Source: an uncultured Bacilli bacterium
Lineage (GTDB): Bacteria; Bacillota_I; Bacilli_A; RF39; UBA660
NCBI GenBank assembly: GCA_910579535.1
Contig: CAJTUR010000002.1
Location: 124-64,123, forward strand
Direction: 5' to 3'
Length of the DNA stretch: 64,000 bases
Part shown: positions 9,459 to 18,557 of the stretch, piece after piece
Numbering within the stretch: the first letter of the stretch is position 1
Layout of the letters: every line of letters begins with the position of its first letter
Program-made: the position numbers and the translations under genes
The notes under the pieces: generated by a model
What the model saw: the letters and a program-made list of their open reading frames with translations, nothing else
The model's database searches: none
Told to the model about the DNA's origin: nothing

Positions 9459-11438
9459 TTACCTCATATTAAATGCTTTCATTGTATTTTTAAGAATACT
9501 TTTTTCTTCTTTGTTGTAAACCATGTTTACTGTATTGACTAAGTTTTTGTCTTCATCATAAAGTTCAATTTTATAGACTGTACTATAAGTAACTGTGTAT
9601 TCTTTTACAAAATCTGTACTTTCATAAGGACTGTAGATTTTCATCCATGAATAAGCGGTATTTTTGACACTAATATGATCGGTTGTAAAGAAAGTCATAT
9701 CTTCAAATACAAATGGTTCATCCTCATTTTTATCAATCGTAAAGGTTATTTCTTCTGATTTATTGTGTGCTTTATCTAAAGCGTAAATAGTATACGTTCC
9801 ATTTTCAGATAGTTCTGTTCCTAATGTATATGGAATATTTTCTCCATCTTTCGTTAAATAAACGATTACTTCTTGAGTTTCATTTGAAACGGTGATGGTT
9901 ACATTTTCTTCATAAGTCGTATTATTTTCAATACCTTCTATTATAGGAGCTTGGGTATCAATTGTAAATTGAATTTCAGTTTGGTTAAAAGCTTTATCAA
10001 TTACTACTAAATTGTAAACTTTATCTTCAGTGATGTTTGAAAGATTGTCTTGTGTTACTTCTTCATTATTTAAATAAATTTTAAATTCGTTTTGATCTTT
10101 AATTGAAATGGATACTGCTGTGTTCACATAAGCATTATTTTCAATGCCTTCAATGATTGGACTTATTGTATCGTCTAGGATTTTAGCTAGTTCATTTAGA
10201 ATCAATGTTAGTTCATTTTTTAACTCTTCATTTTCTAAAGCATTTACTTTATCTGTGATTTGATTGTTTGTTCTGTAATCTCGTGCTCCATCAATTTCTG
10301 CTTTATTTGTTGCATTTGTTACTTTTTCTTCTAAAGTTTGAACTAATTTTTTTATAATAAAATTGTTTTGTAACTCATCTAATTTATCTTGTAGTTCTTG
10401 TTTTTTATTTGGATCTGTTACTTGATTGATTTTATCTTGTGCATCATCTAAATTATCTTGAGTTAGATTATTCTCAGCGTTATCTAGAGCATTTTCGGCA
10501 TCTTTAATTTTGTTCTCTTCATCAAGTTTGTTTTGTAATTCATCTAATTTATCTTGTAATTCTTGTTTCTTGTCTGGGTCTGTTATTTGATTAATTTTGT
10601 CTTGTGCATTATCTAGATTATCTTGAGTCAAATTATTCTTTGCATCTTCTATTGCTTGTTCAGCGTCTTTAATTTTGTTTTCTTCATCAAGTTTATTTTG
10701 TAATTCATCTAGTTTATCTTGTAGTTCTTGTTTCTTATCTGAATCTGTGACTTGATTAATTTTATCTTGAGCTTTATCAATATTCTCTTGTGTTAAATTA
10801 TTCTCAGCTTTATCTAAGGCTTCTTCAGCATCTTTAATTTTGTTCTCTTCATCAAGTTTATTTTGTAATTCATCTAGTTTGTCTTGTAGTTCTTGTTTTT
10901 TATCTGGATCTGTTATTTGATTAATTTTATCCTGTGCGTCATTAATATTTTCTTGTGTTAAATTATTCTCAGCTTTATCTAAGGCTTCTTCAGCATCTTT
11001 AATTTTGTTCTCTTCATTTAAATCTGGTGATTCGGGTTTTGTGGGATTTTCCTCATTGTTATCTGGAACTTGAGTATTATTGTTATTATTGCTGTTGTTT
11101 TGATTTTGATTATTGTTTGGGTTATTATTTGTTGTTCCATTATTATTAGGACGATTCGGTTTCGTTTGATTAATTATAATATTTTCACCATTATTATCAG
11201 TATCGGTTTCATTTGGTTTTAAAATATCATCTTCTGTCCCTTCAGGAGGATTGATTTCCCCTGGATTAGTTGTGTTTTCATTACTTGGCTTATCTGAATC
11301 CGTTTTATTTGTTTTTTGCTCATCTTTTGTTCTTGTTCCTTTAATTTCATCTTGACTAGGATTCGCAAAAACAAAAGTACTTGTTCCTAAAAATAAAAAT
11401 AATACTACGGCAATAACTATGCCTCTTTTTTTGTTCAT
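9459..11438 (-). CDS. Secreted surface protein with an N-rich tract, 4 x 55-aa helical repeats and two Ig-like C-terminal repeats
   Basis: Signal peptide, an asparagine-rich low-complexity run and four near-identical 55-aa repeats. Two copies of the P(I)IEGIENN...FTID module follow. Confidence 0.7.
   Translation of the reverse strand: MNKKRGIVIAVVLFLFLGTSTFVFANPSQDEIKGTRTKDEQKTNKTDSDKPSNENTTNPGEINPPEGTEDDILKPNETDTDNNGENIIINQTKPNRPNNNGTTNNNPNNNQNQNNSNNNNNTQVPDNNEENPTKPESPDLNEENKIKDAEEALDKAENNLTQENINDAQDKINQITDPDKKQELQDKLDELQNKLDEENKIKDAEEALDKAENNLTQENIDKAQDKINQVTDSDKKQELQDKLDELQNKLDEENKIKDAEQAIEDAKNNLTQDNLDNAQDKINQITDPDKKQELQDKLDELQNKLDEENKIKDAENALDNAENNLTQDNLDDAQDKINQVTDPNKKQELQDKLDELQNNFIIKKLVQTLEEKVTNATNKAEIDGARDYRTNNQITDKVNALENEELKNELTLILNELAKILDDTISPIIEGIENNAYVNTAVSISIKDQNEFKIYLNNEEVTQDNLSNITEDKVYNLVVIDKAFNQTEIQFTIDTQAPIIEGIENNTTYEENVTITVSNETQEVIVYLTKDGENIPYTLGTELSENGTYTIYALDKAHNKSEEITFTIDKNEDEPFVFEDMTFFTTDHISVKNTAYSWMKIYSPYESTDFVKEYTVTYSTVYKIELYDEDKNLVNTVNMVYNKEEKSILKNTMKAFNMR
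10356..11015 (-). repeat. In-frame 165-nt tandem repeat x4 inside the surface-protein gene
   Basis: The unit EENKIKDAEEALDKAENNLTQENI.DAQDKINQ(I/V)TDPDKKQELQDKLDELQNKLD occurs four times with few substitutions. Confidence 0.85.
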
Positions 11439-11626
11439 ATTTACATACCTTCCTCTATTATATAATATACACGTTTATCCTGCTTTTTGCAATATCCATT
11501 CTTACTTAAAGATAAAATTATTCTATTGTATCAAGAATAAATAATGATATGATTTTTATATAATTTCTTTTTCTTAAGTTCACTATTTCAGCACAAAAAA
11601 ACTATTGAGGTTTCAATATTTCAATT

Positions 11627-12154
11627 TTATATAAATTTAAAACGATTTAATGGCCAAAAGCGAATGGCAATTTTTCCAATAATATCTTTTTTTGAAATTA
11701 ACCCTATTTCTCTACTGTCTAAAGAATCAACGCGATTATCTCCTAAAACTAAATACATTCCTTCGGGGATTTTATCGTATCCTAAATCTTTTAAATAAAA
11801 ATCATCGTATTCTAATTCTTTACTAATGTAGGATTCTTCAAATTTTTCATTATTTATAAAAAGTGTGCTGTCTTTAATATACACATTTTCTCCTGGAAGA
11901 CCTATTACTCTTTTTATTAAATACTTTGTATTTGCATATTTTAATGAAATAATATCTCCCCTTTTTACATCTGTAAAACGATAATTAAATTTACTTAATA
12001 TAAACAATTCTTCATCTTTTAAAGTAGGATGCATCGAATTTCCTACGACTTTTGTTACTGAAAAAACATATTGTATGATAAATAAGATTACCACGACAAA
12101 AATAACAATTTTTAAAGTGTCTTTTAAAAACTCTTTTATTTCTAGCCAATCCAT
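11627..12154 (-). CDS. Type I signal peptidase (S26, Ser/Lys P-type)
   Basis: GNSMHPTL (catalytic Ser), KRVIGLPGE (catalytic Lys) and GDNRVDSLDSR motifs. Confidence 0.85.
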   Translation of the reverse strand: MDWLEIKEFLKDTLKIVIFVVVILFIIQYVFSVTKVVGNSMHPTLKDEELFILSKFNYRFTDVKRGDIISLKYANTKYLIKRVIGLPGENVYIKDSTLFINNEKFEESYISKELEYDDFYLKDLGYDKIPEGMYLVLGDNRVDSLDSREIGLISKKDIIGKIAIRFWPLNRFKFI

Positions 12155-12176
12155 TTTTATTCTCCGTTCAAAAAAA

Positions 12177-12821
12177 CTAATTTAAATTTACATTTGCTTC
12201 TTTGGTTGATTGCTCAGCAATCACTTTTATTTTTAATTTAACCATTGGTTGATCGTTATAGTTTTCAGATTCATGATCAGAAATAGCACTTTCTCCTAAA
12301 GAAGTGTCTGTTCTATCCATGTCATCATCTTCATAAAAGTTCCATTTCCAACTTATGGTATGTTGATTGACTTTTAAAGGTTTATTTGCGGGATAAACGT
12401 CTTCTTCTCTCAATAAATTTTCTAAGAAAAATTTCAAAGTTTTGATGTCTAAGTTGTTATAGATTCCATCTAAACTGTAAGTCATTCTTCCTACGGTATC
12501 TAATGCTTCTAATACTTCAATTCTTAAAGTGTAATTGGTTTCGGGAATACCTGTAATGGTAAAGGTGTATTCTCCCTCTGTTCCAGGCGCAACAATTGCG
12601 TCTAAGTTCCCAGATTGTACCATTTTAGCTCCTTGTTCATTAAAATAAGAATCACGAAATAAGTCAATTTCTCTTGTTATGCCTATGTCCCATTTCGCGA
12701 CTCTTGCTTCATCACTGATATCAACTGATGAAACGTATTTAGCCATGGTTCCACTTACACCATATATACTCATTAATGTTAGAAACATTAAGCTTATTAA
12801 AAAGATAGATTTCCTTTTCAT
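12177..12821 (-). CDS. Secreted protein resembling TasA/BsaA-type matrix proteins
   Basis: Signal peptide followed by GTMAKYVSSVDISDEARVAKWDI. This resembles N-termini I associate with SipW-dependent matrix proteins. The gene is adjacent to a signal peptidase gene. Confidence 0.4.
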   Translation of the reverse strand: MKRKSIFLISLMFLTLMSIYGVSGTMAKYVSSVDISDEARVAKWDIGITREIDLFRDSYFNEQGAKMVQSGNLDAIVAPGTEGEYTFTITGIPETNYTLRIEVLEALDTVGRMTYSLDGIYNNLDIKTLKFFLENLLREEDVYPANKPLKVNQHTISWKWNFYEDDDMDRTDTSLGESAISDHESENYNDQPMVKLKIKVIAEQSTKEANVNLN

Positions 12822-12908
12822 ACCATCCCGCCTTAATTCATATATGTTTATATGATACTACATATTTATTAAATATGCTAATCTTTTTTACTATTTTTAC
12901 AATAAATT

Positions 12909-14150
12909 TTAATTGATTTCTAAAATTTCGGTGTAATCGTATTTTTCTGGCACTTCTATTTGGGCGATATTACCCTGTTCATCCTTAATTATTTTTACAA
13001 ATAGTAACTTTGTTTCTATTAAGTGCGCTATTTTTTGGTAAGGTTTAATTACTTGCTCTTTATATTTTACGACGTCTTCCTTAATTAAATGAATGCAATT
13101 TTCTTTTTTCTCTTCACTGGTATACCCACAAAGAATGTAATACTTAAATGTGGTTTTATCTAAACCACTCAAATCGCCTGTTTTGATTTTGTAACCTTCT
13201 TCTAATCTGTTTATTGTTTCATTTAGAGCCCTTTTATTTTCAAAAAATAAGCGCATATCATGCAAGTGTTTTAATACCCCATTGTTTTCAATAGAAATGA
13301 CGTTATTGTCGGCTTTAATTTCAACAAATATTATTTTTTTGTTTTCTCCTACATAGGCATTATCAATTCGGCCACTAAATTTCGTATCATTCCAAAGGGT
13401 TGTTTCTTGAAATTTTTTATTATCATAAACGAAAACTTGCTGTCCTTTTGAACCGCGATAAGGGTAGATGACTACCTCAACTTCTAATGGCAAGGCATTT
13501 TGTTGAATCACCGCACTACAATCTTTTTTCATCATGTATTGTTGAAACATTTTTTCGTCTTTATTCCCTACAAATTCTAAATTGTATTTTTTTATTAATT
13601 CTTTCATTTGCATAATGATTTCATTTAATGTAACACTTTCTAATTGTTCATATTTTAATAAAAATTTAATATCAAAACTAGGCTTTTTTAAAGGCGACTT
13701 ATCCACTGTAACTTTTAAGAGTTCTTGTTGTATTTCGATGACACTCTCAATGGTATTGATGTCTTTAAATTCAATTTTAAAACTTTCTAATTCTTGTAAA
13801 GATTGGGATAATTCCTCTTTTTTTACAATATTTTCTAAGTTTTCTAGTTTCTTTTTAAAGTTGCTTAAGTTGGCATTGGTAAATTCAATGGTTGCGGTTT
13901 CACAGATGATTTCAAAATAAGGATTATATTGATTGAGTTTTTTAATCGCTTTGATATATTTTTGATAATTTTTTTCTTTAAACTCTTTTCCACTTAATTT
14001 TAAAGTTTCAGGCAAGGTGACTATGTTGTTTTTTAAATCAATGTCAAGAAGTCTTTGCCCTAAATAATATACTTTTTGATTGTCTTCGCGATACCTAATA
14101 ATCAGTTCTTCATCTTTTTTTACAATATTTATTAATTCTTTTAATTCCAT
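12909..14150 (-). CDS. Hypothetical protein with a PD-(D/E)xK-like nuclease motif (last gene of the cluster)
   Basis: 413 aa. GRIDNAYVGENKKIIFVEIKAD gives a D...E-x-K arrangement in a beta-rich context. A 3-nt gap separates it from the upstream gene. Confidence 0.4.
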   Translation of the reverse strand: MELKELINIVKKDEELIIRYREDNQKVYYLGQRLLDIDLKNNIVTLPETLKLSGKEFKEKNYQKYIKAIKKLNQYNPYFEIICETATIEFTNANLSNFKKKLENLENIVKKEELSQSLQELESFKIEFKDINTIESVIEIQQELLKVTVDKSPLKKPSFDIKFLLKYEQLESVTLNEIIMQMKELIKKYNLEFVGNKDEKMFQQYMMKKDCSAVIQQNALPLEVEVVIYPYRGSKGQQVFVYDNKKFQETTLWNDTKFSGRIDNAYVGENKKIIFVEIKADNNVISIENNGVLKHLHDMRLFFENKRALNETINRLEEGYKIKTGDLSGLDKTTFKYYILCGYTSEEKKENCIHLIKEDVVKYKEQVIKPYQKIAHLIETKLLFVKIIKDEQGNIAQIEVPEKYDYTEILEIN

Positions 14151-14153
14151 TTC

Positions 14154-15371
14154 TTATACCTCTATTTCTTCTTCGTCTTTGATTAAATAAACATTCTCTA
14201 AGATTTGTTGTAGTTCTTTGGCATTTGTCGTGTGTATGGGAATGACTTCTTTGGCTTTAAGTTTATTTAATAAAGCGATGGTTTCAATACTAGCATGACC
14301 TGATGTATGTAAGTTTATTTTATCATAAATTTCATAATTTTTTATTTTTTCTAAGAACTCTTTCATTTCTTCTTTTTCTTGGTACCCTTCCCACATGGAG
14401 TATAGAAGAACCGCATTCGTAATTTTCTTTTTGGCGTAGAGTTTTTCTATGTCTTCTAACATGGAAGTTTTTACAAGTAGTGTATATTTTTTGTTTTCAT
14501 AGGCTTCCTTTTTGCTGTATTTTTTAAAGGGTTCGATGTACATTTTTTTAAATTCTTTCTGTTTCTTTTTATATTTTGTCGGAATCCAAACGTAAACATT
14601 AGAAAAATTTTGAGGATTGGGAATTTTGTTGTTTTGTAGATGAGTAGCGATATTCGCGGTGAATAAGTCTTCGATAAAGTTTTTGTTCGTTTTTCGACTT
14701 GCTTTATAAATGGTTGTGATACGGTCGATATTGGTAGACGCCTGTAAAATAAACACTTGGTCATATTTTTTAAATATTTCAGTCGCTTCTAGGGTTAGTT
14801 CTTCTTCGGTTTTACTTTTTTCATTCTTTCTTCCTAAGGTTGTTCCTTCTGTTATGATTAGGTCAACAGTTCCTATTTCTTTGATTGCTTTTAAAAAAAG
14901 AGTGCCTTTTCTTCCATGATTTCGGAAGTCCCCCGTGTGCAAGATTCGTTTGTTTTCAGCTTCGATTAAAAACATAGCTGCATTATAGGAAGAGTGATCG
15001 ACTAAAAATGGAGTGATCGTGATGTCTTTAATGGTTATGGGTTTATGAAAGTTAAAGTGTAAGGTTTGTTTTTTGGGGTATTTTTTAGAGGTGAATTCAT
15101 TTAATAGATGATAGATTTTTTCTGAAATTTCTTCAACATAAATGGGAATATCTTCTAAGATATTGTGGATAAGTCCAATGTGATCACCATGGCTGTGGGT
15201 AATGAAGACGGCATCATAAGCGGGAGTTCCTTTGGTTAATCCTTCAATTTCAAAGTCCTTTTCTTCGTCAAGGTCACTTCCAAAATCGATGATAATTTTG
15301 GTGTTTTCCGTTTTGATTTCAGTGATACAGCCTCCTATTTGGTCGGTTCCTTTCCAAATTTTCACTTTCAT
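14154..15371 (-). CDS. beta-CASP metallo-beta-lactamase-fold nuclease (RNase J/CPSF-like)
   Basis: HSHGDHIG (HxHxDH), HTGDFRNHG, LIITEGT and LHTSGHAS motifs. Its start overlaps the upstream stop (ATGA at 15368-15371). Confidence 0.7.
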   Translation of the reverse strand: MKVKIWKGTDQIGGCITEIKTENTKIIIDFGSDLDEEKDFEIEGLTKGTPAYDAVFITHSHGDHIGLIHNILEDIPIYVEEISEKIYHLLNEFTSKKYPKKQTLHFNFHKPITIKDITITPFLVDHSSYNAAMFLIEAENKRILHTGDFRNHGRKGTLFLKAIKEIGTVDLIITEGTTLGRKNEKSKTEEELTLEATEIFKKYDQVFILQASTNIDRITTIYKASRKTNKNFIEDLFTANIATHLQNNKIPNPQNFSNVYVWIPTKYKKKQKEFKKMYIEPFKKYSKKEAYENKKYTLLVKTSMLEDIEKLYAKKKITNAVLLYSMWEGYQEKEEMKEFLEKIKNYEIYDKINLHTSGHASIETIALLNKLKAKEVIPIHTTNAKELQQILENVYLIKDEEEIEV

Positions 15372-17440
15372 AAAACATCTCCTATTTTACTTTCTAATAG
15401 TGTTTTCAATTTTAGTTGTTCTGTTAATTTTGTTTCAGTTCTTAATGCTTGTTCTATTTCTTCCCTAGTTTTATGAGGATTTATTTCGTTTTGTTTAAAG
15501 TAAGTAGAATAAAAAATTTCAGGGTAATCTATTTTTAGTTCGGCAAGTCTTAAAAACATTACGCTATAAGATAAGAGATGCCCTTTCGGGAAAAGGTACT
15601 TTATTTTGCCAATGGAGTCGATTAACCATTCAGGCATCTTCTTTTCTTGCATTAATTTTTTATATTCTTCCCAATTCTCCTTTTTTAATCTTCCAAAACT
15701 GATGTCTTCCATTATTTTTAAGGCATCCTTTCTTTCAAATTGATAGTTTAATAAGGTTGCTAATAAGTCTTCTCTTGAAGAAATGGTGTCTTTTAACTCA
15801 CAAATTTTCTTTTCAAGCAATTCTTGAGCGTTTTCATACCAAGTGTCTGTACCATGAAAAAGCCCATAGAGTTTTATTAAGTCTTCTTGAGAGTAAAGTT
15901 TTAAAGAGGGATTCTTTTTTTCTATAAAGTCTAATAAAAATTCATGAAAGCCTAGTATTCCAAATGGATAAGTAATTTCTTCTTTAGTTATTTTTAATAC
16001 TTTGGGACTATTAAATAAAGAAATGGTACGATTGTCGATGACTAATTCGTGAATGTCTTCTTGAATTTGGTTTTGAATTTCTTCTAATAAGGTTAGTAAC
16101 GAGTGTTCTAGGATGCCAAAACTGGTGATTTTTAAGTTTTCTGTTGGAATTTGAATGATTTTTTTATTTCCTATTATTTTAAAGGGAAGAAAAGATTGGT
16201 CATTTTCTTTTGGGAAGATGTAGTTTCGGCCCGCATGGATTCCTTCGGTCATTTTTACTCCAACGATTTTTAAGGCTAAGGCTTCTTTTTCTTCATTTTT
16301 TAATGTGAGGTTAAATTTTAGGCAATAGTCTTCAACTTTTTTTAAGGCTTCTTGTGGAGAATAAACTTTTTCAGTTCTTAAATAATAAATGTTGTAGTTT
16401 TCTTCTAAGGTGTTTAGGATTTCTTCTCTTTCATAAGCAAAGTTTATATTGATATCTGGCTTTTTATCAAAGTGACTTCCATAAAATATTTCAGGGGCTA
16501 AGTTTTTTTCTATGGGATTAAATTCGGTGATGTTTAATAAGTAGGCAATAAATGAGGAAGCGACTGCTCCTCTTGAAGAGGATAACTCACTTTTTGCACC
16601 TTGCATAATTTCTGCCCATATGAGATAAATGCTTGCGTTATGCTGGGCGAAAATACTTTTTAGTTCGAGCTTTATTCTTTCTAGGACTTCCAAAGGAATA
16701 TTTTTACCATATTTTTCTTGAACTTTTTTTTCTATTAAGGTTTTTAATTTTTCCTCTGCTTTCTCTATCTGTGGTTCTTTAGGTTCTTCAAGAGTTATTT
16801 TTTCTATCTGATTTATTAATGTCTTTTGGTTTTCAATAAAAATTTCATGTTTGATTGGTTCATCAAGATAAGAAAATTCTTCCCAAAGTTCTTCTTTTGT
16901 TTTTAAGTGAAAGTCTTTTAAATGTTCCATTTTTTGGTTCATTAGAATGGCCCAGGCTAATTTGTCTTCTTTTTTTAGGTAACGGACTTCATTTAGGATT
17001 AAAACTTTTTTGTTTTGTTTTTTCGCGGAGTCGAGGATTTTTAAAACTTGTTCTTTCTTCGTTGTGCTAGGAATTCCAATATAATCATAATAAAAATCCA
17101 GTGCGTTTGGTACTTCTTGGATTAAGATAGTGACGACGTTTGGGCATCCTTTTAAATTTTCGAGGGTTATTTCCTTTAATGAAAGTAGTTTAAATAATTC
17201 TTTTATCCCCTGGTTGTTTTTGGCAACGACAATATAGGAAAGTGATTCTTTAGTGGTTATTTCCATGCCATACATGAAGTTTTTGTTTTGTTCTTTAGTT
17301 AATAAATTTACTTGATAAAAATCGGAGATATCTTCTTTATTGGCTAAAATAAAGTTTTTTTCTGTTTCCATTAACTCTTTTATCTCTATTAAACTCTCTT
17401 TATTTGTTTTGGTGTGGACCCAATGAAGGATTTCATTCAT
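15368..17440 (-). CDS. Truncated PolC/DnaE-family DNA polymerase III alpha-like protein, predicted catalytically inactive
   Basis: Colinear with the PolC polymerase core. SSRGAVASSFIAYLLNITEFNPIE matches GSRGSVGSSFVA..TEVNP, and PDININF matches PDIDLNF. GVKMTEGIHAGRNYIFP matches GVKRTTGQHPGG, and FGILEH matches LDILGH. LFHGTDTWYENAQELL matches LSHGTDVWLGNAQELI, and IKYLFPKGHLLSY matches IKYMFPKAHAAAY. At 690 aa it is too short to contain the PolC N-terminal, OB and 3'-5' exonuclease regions. Confidence 0.75.
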   Translation of the reverse strand: MNEILHWVHTKTNKESLIEIKELMETEKNFILANKEDISDFYQVNLLTKEQNKNFMYGMEITTKESLSYIVVAKNNQGIKELFKLLSLKEITLENLKGCPNVVTILIQEVPNALDFYYDYIGIPSTTKKEQVLKILDSAKKQNKKVLILNEVRYLKKEDKLAWAILMNQKMEHLKDFHLKTKEELWEEFSYLDEPIKHEIFIENQKTLINQIEKITLEEPKEPQIEKAEEKLKTLIEKKVQEKYGKNIPLEVLERIKLELKSIFAQHNASIYLIWAEIMQGAKSELSSSRGAVASSFIAYLLNITEFNPIEKNLAPEIFYGSHFDKKPDININFAYEREEILNTLEENYNIYYLRTEKVYSPQEALKKVEDYCLKFNLTLKNEEKEALALKIVGVKMTEGIHAGRNYIFPKENDQSFLPFKIIGNKKIIQIPTENLKITSFGILEHSLLTLLEEIQNQIQEDIHELVIDNRTISLFNSPKVLKITKEEITYPFGILGFHEFLLDFIEKKNPSLKLYSQEDLIKLYGLFHGTDTWYENAQELLEKKICELKDTISSREDLLATLLNYQFERKDALKIMEDISFGRLKKENWEEYKKLMQEKKMPEWLIDSIGKIKYLFPKGHLLSYSVMFLRLAELKIDYPEIFYSTYFKQNEINPHKTREEIEQALRTETKLTEQLKLKTLLESKIGDVL

Positions 17441-17954
17441 AATATTTTTTTACCTCGCTTTCGTATAAAATTAAATCAATATTGATGTCGTGATTTTTTA
17501 CAAAGTCCCTAATCATGTTTTTTAACATGGGTCCTACTTCTTCATGCGTAAAGCCATATTCTCCTGTTCCAATACTTGGGAGTAAGATGTTTTTGTAGGA
17601 TTTTACACCCAATTCATCCAATAGGTTTTGATAAGTTATTTTTAGAATTTCTAAAGGATTTTTATAGTCCCAAACACGAGGGCCTTGAACAAAAAGAATG
17701 TCCATATTTAAGTTAAATCCAGGAGTGATTCGTATTTCTCCGACTTTCATTTCATTGGCGTTACTGTCATACGTGATATGATATTTTTCGCTTGTGTAGG
17801 CTTCTAGTACTTGGACGCCTGCTTTTTTAAATATGGCACCACTTACCCCCATCCCCATACGCATAGCGGGGTTGGTTGGGTTTACAATACAATCATGATT
17901 TTTTAAGATTTCATCAGTGGTGATGTCACCGATTAAGATGTTCATTTTGCCCAT
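17433..17954 (-). CDS. Macro-domain protein (ADP-ribose binding/hydrolysing fold)
   Basis: LIGDITTDE, DCIVNPTN, GMGVSGAIFKKAG and LLPSIGTGEYGF motifs. There is an 8-nt overlap with the downstream gene. Confidence 0.8.
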   Translation of the reverse strand: MGKMNILIGDITTDEILKNHDCIVNPTNPAMRMGMGVSGAIFKKAGVQVLEAYTSEKYHITYDSNANEMKVGEIRITPGFNLNMDILFVQGPRVWDYKNPLEILKITYQNLLDELGVKSYKNILLPSIGTGEYGFTHEEVGPMLKNMIRDFVKNHDINIDLILYESEVKKYYE

Positions 17955-18557
17955 TTAGTCTATCTCCTCAATCGAAAAATTTTCTTTGTTATAGGTTATT
18001 TTTATTTCGTTTTCTATTTTTCCTATTTGATAATTTTTAGGAATTTGATAATTCTCTATATCTTTTTCATTCATAAATAAAATAACTTCACTTTGATTTT
18101 CTTTCGCATAGTTTTCGATTTGATTAAAAATGGTTTCTATGTCTTCTGGGGTGCTACTAATAAAATCATCAAAGTCATCGATTAGGATACAATCGTATTT
18201 TGAGTTATGTTCAAATATAAATTCTAAATAAGTTTCGTCCGAAAATTTGTTTTTGCTCATGATTAAGTCGGATGAACGAATTTTTTCGATGGCATTTACA
18301 AATTTGGTGGGATTGATTTTTTCTTTAGTAGTGTGGCTAACGCCTAACGTTGGGTCTAAATAGGTTTCGATGATTTTATAGGATTCTCCTGATAATAAGG
18401 CAATGAGTTTACTTAAGTAAAAGTTTTTGGGAACATAAAATATTGGAAGAAAGACGGATTTGTTTTGATTTAGGGCATATTCGTTTAGAAGGTTGATAAA
18501 AAAAAGTATTCTTTCTTTGTTATTCATACTCGTGATAATTGAAATTTTTGGGTTCAT
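17955..18557 (-). CDS. Degenerate DnaB-C-terminal-domain (RecA-fold) protein lacking Walker A
   Basis: ISIITSMNNKERILFFINLLNEYA aligns with DnaB LIIIAARPGMGKTAFALNIA, and the GKT is lost. YDCILIDDFDDFI aligns with IDYLQL. AKENQSEVILFMNE aligns with AKEL..PVIALSQLSR. Confidence 0.55.
   Translation of the reverse strand: MNPKISIITSMNNKERILFFINLLNEYALNQNKSVFLPIFYVPKNFYLSKLIALLSGESYKIIETYLDPTLGVSHTTKEKINPTKFVNAIEKIRSSDLIMSKNKFSDETYLEFIFEHNSKYDCILIDDFDDFISSTPEDIETIFNQIENYAKENQSEVILFMNEKDIENYQIPKNYQIGKIENEIKITYNKENFSIEEID

Noticed and set aside
10356-11015. Tandem repeats as a possible CRISPR-like or satellite array
   Set aside because: The repeats are 165 nt, contiguous with no spacers, in frame and coding. 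I found no CRISPR array anywhere in the window.
13582-13920. Plus-strand 112-aa ORF. The ORFs at 14471-14764, 14710-14919, 15232-15468, 16855-17070, 18987-19181 and 19195-19404 fall in the same class.
   Set aside because: All are nested within or antisense to the long cluster genes. Their translations are low-complexity.
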